The notes below the pieces were generated by a model. It was not told the origin of the DNA. It ran no database searches and saw nothing but the letters and a program-made list of their open reading frames with translations. Positions 57,739 to 64,000 of a DNA stretch of 64,000 nt are shown in pieces. The DNA is taken from the NCBI GenBank assembly GCA_963770565.1, contig CAVYQE010000002.1:96001-160000 (forward strand). The letters are read 5' to 3'. Both the position numbers and the translations under genes were made by a program. The DNA comes from an uncultured Actinomycetota bacterium. Lineage in GTDB: Bacteria > Actinomycetota > Actinomycetes > JAFAQI01. How positions within the stretch are numbered: the first letter of the stretch is position 1; each line of letters starts with the position of its first letter.

Positions 57739-58640
57739 TTGCGCCTCGCTCTCGCACGCTCACCCAATGCGAGCAGCACCGCAGCGTCATAACCCATCGG
57801 TTCGAACGGCACCAGCGCACGGATACCGTCGTCACGGACCACAACTTCGTTGCTCATCGAGTCGATTAGCGATCGGCCAGTCTGAACATCGACGTCGGTC
57901 ACGAGCGAGAGCCACCACGACGACAGCGATGGACTGAGCAGGGGTACCGGGATCACCATGGTGTGTCGTCCCTCGATGAGGGCAACGCGGCGCATCATCT
58001 CGACGTACTCCAGAACCTCCGGGCCGCCGATGTCGAAAGTTCGTCCCCGTGCCTCCGGCAGTTCCAGGACACCGACCAGATAGCGGATCACGTCGTCCAC
58101 AGCGATCGGCTGAGTCTTGGTTCGTACCCAACGCGGCGTGATCATCGCGGGCAGATGTTCGACGAGCTGGCGGGTCATCTCCCAGGAGATCCCACCGTGC
58201 CCGACGATGATGCCCGCGCGCAACGTGGTGACCGGAACCCCCGCCGACCCAAGAAGTGTCTCGACCTCTCGCCGGCTACGCAGATGGGCCGACAACGCGT
58301 CCTTGTCGTCGCCGAGACCACCAAGGTAGACGATCCGATCCACACCCACCTCGGCCGCGCAGCGTCCAAACACGCGCGCACCGGCCGCATCGAGATCAGC
58401 GAAGTTCACGGCGTCGAGAGCATGCACGAGGTAGTACGCACACTCACATCCACCCATCGCCGCTAGGAGGGAGGCAGCGTCATCGACATCGCCCCGCACC
58501 GCGGTCCCCGCACCCCGATAGGCGTCAGGACGACGCGTCATCGCCCGCACCTCGTAGCCGGCACCGACCAGAGCCGAGGACAGCCGACCACCCACGAACC
58601 CCGACGCGCCAGCCACCAGCACCCTCACGATCCAGGTCAT
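57735..58640 (-). CDS. NAD(P)-dependent atypical SDR (YbjT-like)
   Basis: VLVAGASGFVGG, AYYLVH, IVYLGGLG, SAHLRSRREVE, TQPIAVDDV. Confidence 0.9.
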   Translation of the reverse strand: MTWIVRVLVAGASGFVGGRLSSALVGAGYEVRAMTRRPDAYRGAGTAVRGDVDDAASLLAAMGGCECAYYLVHALDAVNFADLDAAGARVFGRCAAEVGVDRIVYLGGLGDDKDALSAHLRSRREVETLLGSAGVPVTTLRAGIIVGHGGISWEMTRQLVEHLPAMITPRWVRTKTQPIAVDDVIRYLVGVLELPEARGRTFDIGGPEVLEYVEMMRRVALIEGRHTMVIPVPLLSPSLSSWWLSLVTDVDVQTGRSLIDSMSNEVVVRDDGIRALVPFEPMGYDAAVLLALGERARARRK

Positions 58641-58754
58641 CCCCATCTGTTCCCGCCGCACACCCCTAGGCACCGAAAGCAGCGAGCGTCCTTGCTTCGA
58701 TGCTCTGGCCGCCGACGGGTACGGGCCCAGCCGCACCAACGCCAGCCGCCCGGT

Positions 58755-58794
58755 GCCCAGTAGGGAACGATGACCCTCCAGGTGGCAAGGGGCG
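58755..58794. repeat. att-module fragment J2b (integrase leader/RBS segment)
   Basis: GCCCAGTAGGGAACGATGACCCTCCAGGTGGCAAGGGGCG, 37/40 identical to 59843-59882. Confidence 0.85.
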
Positions 58795-58811
58795 ACCGGC
58801 CGGCTGTCGGC

Positions 58812-59355
58812 TCAGGACGTGGAGAACTCCACACCGTCCAGGCTTACCGGACCCGGCTGGAAAGTCGGCCTCCACGAAGCCCTTCTTGTCGATGAACAGG
58901 GCCCCGAACTCGTCAGAGCCATTCATATTCACCGTGAGCCATTTGAAGGCGTCCGGGCGGGCGTTCTTCGGCAGGGTGAATGCGACCGTCGCGCTGAGAC
59001 CACCTGTCATTACGCCCTGGAGGTGCACTATCCCCTGAGCGTCCACTGCGTAGGACGGGACGTCGTAGTAAACCGTGGAGTACACCACCCAGGGGTTCTG
59101 CAGCGCCAGCTTGTGCCAAACCAGCTTCGGCAACGTCTTCGCCTCCGGCACGACACCGAGCGTCGACTCCTTGACCTGCTTACCGGTGACCGTATTGTTC
59201 TTCAACCGGTTCCCGGCGATCGAATGCTCTTTGATCGTGCTTCCGTTGACCTTGCTGGAGATCTGGTGCGCTGCGGCTGGCGCCTCGAGACCTATCGCCA
59301 GCGCTACCACGGCGACGAGAAAGGTTCCCGACGGCTTGATTCTGCGAATGTTCAT
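58812..59355 (-). CDS. Secreted protein with a phage-fibre-like C-terminal beta domain; probable frameshift near 58862
   Basis: GGAGG + ATG; signal peptide; GIVHLQG...AFTLPKNARP; removing one T gives DFQPGPVSLDGVEFSTS*. Confidence 0.65.
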
Positions 59356-59627
59356 CGTGACCTCCAAGGCAGGCTCGGTACCGGGACAAGGCATCAGCAC
59401 CAACACCGGGTAGACCGCGGCCGTATCGGCGTACCTCCCGGTCGCGCCCATCCTCCCGGTATCCCGATATCGAAGACAACCCCACCACCGCCGCCGGTAC
59501 GACGTAGTGGGTGACCTACCCGGAGGAGTACTCCGGCAGCTGCAACACCGTCGGCTGCGAACGGAGGCTTGGACCTCTGGGTCATGGGAACGGTTAGGAA
59601 ATGGTAGGGATTGATCGTGAAAAGCAG

Positions 59628-59656
59628 CAGGGCCATGATCGTTGATCATGGCCCTG
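59628..59656 (-). terminator. Terminator hairpin downstream of the tRNA fragment
   Basis: 13-bp stem CAGGGCCATGATC-GTT-GATCATGGCCCTG; minus strand followed by CTGCTTTT. Confidence 0.75.
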
Positions 59657-59674
59657 ACCTGCGGTCTTGCCTAG

Positions 59675-59716
59675 TGGCGGGGGTAGGATTTGAACCTACG
59701 ACCTCTGGGTTATGAG
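59675..59716 (-). tRNA. 3' half of initiator tRNA-Met(CAT); att core fragment, not a functional tRNA
   Basis: Minus strand CTCATAA-CCCAG-AGGTC-GTAGG-TTCAAAT-CCTAC-CCCCGCCA: anticodon loop, variable loop, T arm and 3' acceptor strand. Similarity stops exactly at the 5' edge of the 7-nt anticodon loop. Confidence 0.9.
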
Positions 59717-59887
59717 GGCTGCGACCAGCCGGTAGTGACTGGCGGTGACCGGAATCCAACAGAGTTTTTCCGTGTGTTAGCAACGGTTTCCCTGGCACTG
59801 GCCGGTATCCACAGGCACCGGGTGGAGGTCCACCATTTAGGGGCCCAGTAGGGAACGATGACGCTCCAGGTGGAAAGGAGCGGCCTC

Positions 59888-60106
59888 GTGGCTTACGTCC
59901 GGAAGAAGACCCGCAAGGACGGCACCATCCGCTGGTATGCCCGTTACCTGGGCACCGATGGCCGCTACCACGAAGAAGGCGGCCACCCGTCCAAGCTCGC
60001 GGCCGCGCGTAGGGCTCGTAATGAGTCCGTAAGACACTGGGCCGCGGGCCCCGATGGCTCAACTGATGACGAGGCCGACCGGTGGTGTCCCAGCCCGGCA
60101 GGCTGA
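59888..60106 (+). pseudogene. Truncated tyrosine integrase (N-terminal arm-binding domain only)
   Basis: GGAAAGGAG + GTG; VAYVRKKTRKDGTIRWYARYLGTDGRYHEEGGHPSKLAAARRA; adjacent to the att core; no catalytic domain follows. Confidence 0.75.
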
Positions 60107-60124
60107 TCGGCGACTCCAACGCGG

Positions 60125-61976
60125 TCAGATGGCCGCCGTTGACTGCGAAGCGGCTAATGACGAGCACGCCTCCGGCCGGGCATCAGCGGTGTTAGGTGAT
60201 TGGAGCCGGCTGCTGTAGGTCTGCAGGATGTCGTGGTGGTTGACCCACCCGACGAGTCGAAAGCCGTCGCTGGACACCACTGGTACTCCGGTCGTGTCAC
60301 GGCCGATCAGCGTTTGGACCACTTCATGCAGTGACTGCGTCGCGCGCACGGTGGGCAGCGAGCGGGCCAAATCGCCCGCGGTCGCGTCGGCAGGGCCCTC
60401 CGCTAGCGATTGCTCCTAACTCCTGGGGGTCACCGTGCCGCGGTAGCGACCGTCGACATCGATCACCGGTAGCGCTTCGCGGGCCTCCGTCGGTGAAGCG
60501 CTTGACGATTTGCTCGAGCGGATCGGCTGAGGAGAGCGCGACCGGCACGGGCTGCATCGCGTCGCTGACGGTCAAAGTGCGCATCAGGTTCTCGGGTCGG
60601 CCGCGAGCGATGTCGATGCCTCGACGGCGCAGTTTGAGCGTGTAGATCGTGTCCTTGGACAGCCTGCCGCTGACGGCGGTCGCGAGCACGATCGCGACCA
60701 TCAGCGGCAGGACAATCGTGTAGTCGCCGGTGAGCTCGAAGATGATCAGCACCCCGGTGATCGGTGCACGGGTCGCGCCGGCGAACACCGCGCCCATCCC
60801 GACCAGGCCGTAAGCGCCGGCTGGACGCGGCAAGGTGCGGGCAGGACCTGATGCACACCGTCGCCGTAGGCGGTGCCGAGCATCGCTCCGATGAACAGCG
60901 ACGGGGCGAACACCCCGCCGGAGCCGCCGATGCCGATGGTGAGGCTGGTCGCGACCATCTTCCCGATCGAGCAACACGATCAGGAACCACACGACATAGT
61001 GGCCGGCGACGCCCGTTTTCCAGGATCGGGTAGCCGACGCCGTACATCTCCGGCAACGCCAGCATCAGACCGCCGAGCAGGACCCCGCCGGTGGCGGGCC
61101 GCAGCCATATCGGGCCGCGCCAGACCCGGTCGCAGATGTCCTCGATGCCGTAGAGCACCTCGGATGAACCCGACCCCACCGGCGGCTGCGAGCACCCCGA
61201 GAACGGCGTAGAAGGCGATACTCGACCGGCGGAGTGCACCGATGAACGGCGGGGAGCATCAGGAACGGATGGTTCCCGAAGGCGGCCCGGCCGATCACGT
61301 CGGCGGTAACCGAGGCAAGGACCACGGCGCCGAAGGACTCGGTCTCGAAATCACGCAAGATCAGCTCGAGGGCGAAGAACACCCCGGCGATCGGTGCGTT
61401 GAACGTCGCGGAGATTCCGCCAGCAGCACCGCAGGCGACCAGCAGCCGCAGCCGGGACTCCGGCACCCGCAACCACTGCCCGATGCTCGACCCGAGCGCG
61501 GACCCGATCTGCACGATCGGTCCTTCCCGTCCTACCGAACCTCCGGACCCGATGCACAGCGCGGAAGCCAGGGACTTCACGATCGCGACCTGCGGAGCGA
61601 TCCGCCCACCCCGTTCGGAGACGGCGAGCATCACCTCAGGCACACCGTGACCGCGGGCTTCCTTGGCGAACCGGTCCACGATCGGCCCGTAGATCAGCCC
61701 ACCGATCACCGGCACTAGCAGCACGAAGTAGATCCCCAACACGGGGAAATGCGGGCTCGCGACATGCCCCGCGTCGCTGTAGTCGGAACGCCCGGTGAAC
61801 ACCTCAGTGAACCCCAGGATCAGGTAGCGGAAGCCGACCGCGCCACCGCCGGCACCAGCCCCGGTCACCACGGCCAGCGCCATCAGACCAGCCGCCGAAC
61901 CGCGCAGCCAGTCCAGCACGCGGATCGCCGGCTCGCGTGGCAGTCGCAATGTCCCACCGTGCGCCGACACCCTCAT
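60125..61976 (-). pseudogene. ClC chloride/proton antiporter with CBS pair, split by multiple frameshifts
   Basis: [33 protein letters not shown] and CBS domains spread over at least six frame segments. Confidence 0.88.
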
Positions 61977-62004
61977 ACCGGCTCCGCGAGATGAGCACCC
62001 GTTG

Positions 62005-62493
62005 TCATTCCAGGCCCCAACCCAGCGACCACGCCTGCTCCGGAGCCTCACCGGCCGCCTGCGCGAACGCCGCGAGCGCCGCCACCAGACCTTGCTGCGC
62101 ACCGGGTGTCATCTTTCGCAGAATCGACCGGACCAGGCTCTTGCGCCGCCGCATCACCGCGGCCACAAGCTGACCGCCAGCCGGAGCGATCGTGACAATC
62201 ACAGTTCGCCGGTTGTCATCCGGACGATCCCGCGCGATCAGCCCTTTGCGGTCCAGCCGGTCACACATCCGAGTGACCGTCGACTGATTGACCCCCAACG
62301 CGACGGCCAACTCCGTCATCCGCTGCGGACCGCGCATCGCCAATACGACCAGCGCGCGGTACTGCGGAAGTGTCACCTCCTCCTCGGCCGCGGCAAGCGA
62401 CTTCGCCGCGACCGCGACCAGCGCACGGCTCGCGGCCAGGACGCCATCGACCACGTCGACCGGTTCTGTGACCTCGCTCGAGGAAGTATGCAC
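62005..62493 (-). CDS. MarR family regulator
   Basis: VTLPQYRALVVL...LAVALGVNQSTVTRMCDRLDRKGLI.R...DNRR. Confidence 0.92.
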   Translation of the reverse strand: MHTSSSEVTEPVDVVDGVLAASRALVAVAAKSLAAAEEEVTLPQYRALVVLAMRGPQRMTELAVALGVNQSTVTRMCDRLDRKGLIARDRPDDNRRTVIVTIAPAGGQLVAAVMRRRKSLVRSILRKMTPGAQQGLVAALAAFAQAAGEAPEQAWSLGWGLE

Positions 62494-62503
62494 CTAACGA
62501 TTA

Positions 62504-62516
62504 TTGCATAGTGCAA
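62504..62516. promoter_or_regulatory. Probable MarR operator
   Basis: TTGCA-TAG-TGCAA 10 bp upstream of the marR start. Confidence 0.55.
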
Positions 62517-62601
62517 GGGTTTTGGTGGCTGGTGAGCGTAGCGCCGGCGGCGCCCGACACGATCGAAGAGGCGGCCCTGGCCTTCGGCCTGGCCCTTGCG
62601 G

Positions 62602-64000
62602 TCAGGCGTGCGTCGCGGATGGCGGGTCGGGTGTGGGGTTGTGCCAGGTCCCGGGGTGCTCGATGAGGGCGTCGGCTTGGGTTGGCCCCCAGGTGCCCGG
62701 CTGGTAGCGGTGGGCCGGACGGGGGTGTTCGAGGACGGGATCGACGATGGCCCAGGCGGCTTCGACGGTGTCTTCGCGGGTGAACAACGCGCCTTCCCCT
62801 TCAGGGCGTCGCTGAGGAGCCGTTCGTAGGGTTGTTCTTCGTCCGGCTGCCCGTTGAGTAAGGACAGTTCGCGCTGGTCGCCGAGGAACTGCTCGCCGGC
62901 CCGTTTGACCCGGGCGGCGAGCGCGATCACCGGGTTGGGTGAGAGTCGGAACCGTAGATAGTTGGCGCGGCCTTGTGCGGGGGCGGCGTCGGCGAACAGC
63001 GGTTGGGGTGGGGGTTTGAGCTCGACGAGGACCTCTGCGGCGGTCTGCGCCAAGCACTTTCCGGACCGCAGGTACCACGGCACACCGGCCCAGCGCCAAG
63101 AGTCGATGAACAGCCGTAGCGCGCAGAAGGTCTCAACGTCGGAGTCTTTCGCGACTCCGGGCTCGTCGCGGTATCCCGCGAACTGGCCGCGGACCACGTC
63201 GTCGGAGCTCCAGCGGTCGGATCGCCTTGAAGACGTTGAGCTTCTCCCCCTGCACAGCACCGAAGCCCTGGTAGGCCGGGGGTTCCATCGCGAGCAGCGC
63301 GACGATCTGGAACAGATGATTCTCGATCACGTCACGAAGGGCGCCAGCGGTCTCATAGAACGCACCCCGCCCCTGCACCCCGAATCCCTCGGCGACGGTG
63401 ATCTGGACGCTGGCGACATAGTTGCGGTTCCAGATCGGTTCGAGGAAGGAGTTAGCGAAGCGGAAGTACAGGAGGTTCATGATCTCCTCCTTGCCGAGGT
63501 AGTGATCGATGCGGAAGATCGCAGGCTCCGGGAACGCCGCGCGCACCACCCGGTTGAGCTCGCATGCAGAGGCGAGATCCCGCCCGAACGGCTTCTCGAC
63601 CACGACCCGCGCATCGCGGTTCAGGCCCGCCCCTTCGACCCCCTCGATCACCGTCGCGAACAGGCCCGGCGGGGTGGCGAGGTAGTGCGCCGGACGACGC
63701 GCGGCGCCGAGCGCGCTTCGCAACGCGGTGAAGGTGGCCGGGTCCGCGTAGTCGCCGTCGACGTAGTCCAGCAGCGACAGCAACCGGTCAAGAGCGGCGC
63801 TGTCATCGATGCCATCGCCTGACTCAGCGACGGCTATCTCGGGCGTGCTCGCGAAGCCGCGGCAGGTCCCACCGGGAGAACGCGACGCCGATCACCGGCA
63901 CGTCCAATGTGCCGCGCTTCACCATCCGGTAGAGCGCCGGGAAGATCATCTTATGGGCCAGGTCACCGGTCGCACCGAAGAAGACGAGCGCATCCGAGGC
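62602..64000 (-). pseudogene. zwf: Glucose-6-phosphate 1-dehydrogenase; start outside the window, at least three frameshifts
   Basis: [49 protein letters not shown] in successive frames (shifts near 63835, 63215, 62800). Confidence 0.88.

Larger units (their letters stand above)
59572..59892. mobile_element. att-module copy J3 (most complete): arm A, hairpin, tRNA-Met 3' half, arm B, integrase start
   Basis: attP-like/tandem-junction layout; homologous to J1, J2 and J2b. Confidence 0.88.

Noticed and set aside
59675-59750. Intact tRNA-Met gene
   Set aside because: The 5' acceptor strand, D arm and 5' anticodon stem are absent, and the 3' end reads CTA rather than CCA.
59858-60106. Functional integrase or excisionase
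   Set aside because: Only about 45 integrase-like residues; no catalytic R-H-R-Y domain follows, and the ClC 3' end begins immediately after.
46303-60106. Classical integron with attC sites
   Set aside because: No IntI and no RYYYAAC...GTTRRRY attC structure seen; the repeats are tRNA-derived att junctions.

Overview
High-GC actinobacterial DNA. The left part (1-34.9 kb) looks like core genome. It holds envelope and lipid genes: a 10-methyl fatty acid reductase/methyltransferase pair, MMPL, an acyl-CoA synthetase and MFS transporters. It also holds a glycosylation cluster built around UDP-sulfoquinovose synthase (sqdB) with GT2, flippase-like and three GT-C-type membrane proteins, a BNR-propeller/MoaD pair, a K+ channel, and a two-component system divergent from a ferric-reductase/FMN-binding/ApbE flavinylation module. 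The right part (about 35-64 kb) is accessory. It has a LexA-boxed DUF222-HNH gene, a nuclease-DUF2075 helicase, several secreted beta-propeller proteins, a TCS with a DD-carboxypeptidase, and an Rv0081-like ArsR heading a Hyf/Ehr-type membrane complex. Two signals stand out. (1) Four co-oriented, differently decayed copies of one attachment-site module (about 46.3-46.8, 56.8-57.0, 58.8 and 59.6-60.1 kb) separate unrelated cargo blocks. The complete module is arm, terminator hairpin, 3' half of tRNA-fMet cut at the anticodon loop, arm, then the 5' end of an integrase. This looks like a tandem island/cassette array at tRNA-Met. (2) The large subunit of the Ehr-like complex keeps both CxxC Ni-ligand motifs that canonical actinobacterial Ehr proteins lack. 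Frameshifts cluster from about 47 kb onward and are densest at 60-64 kb. They may be sequencing errors. All calls come from reading the sequence by eye; no searches were run.
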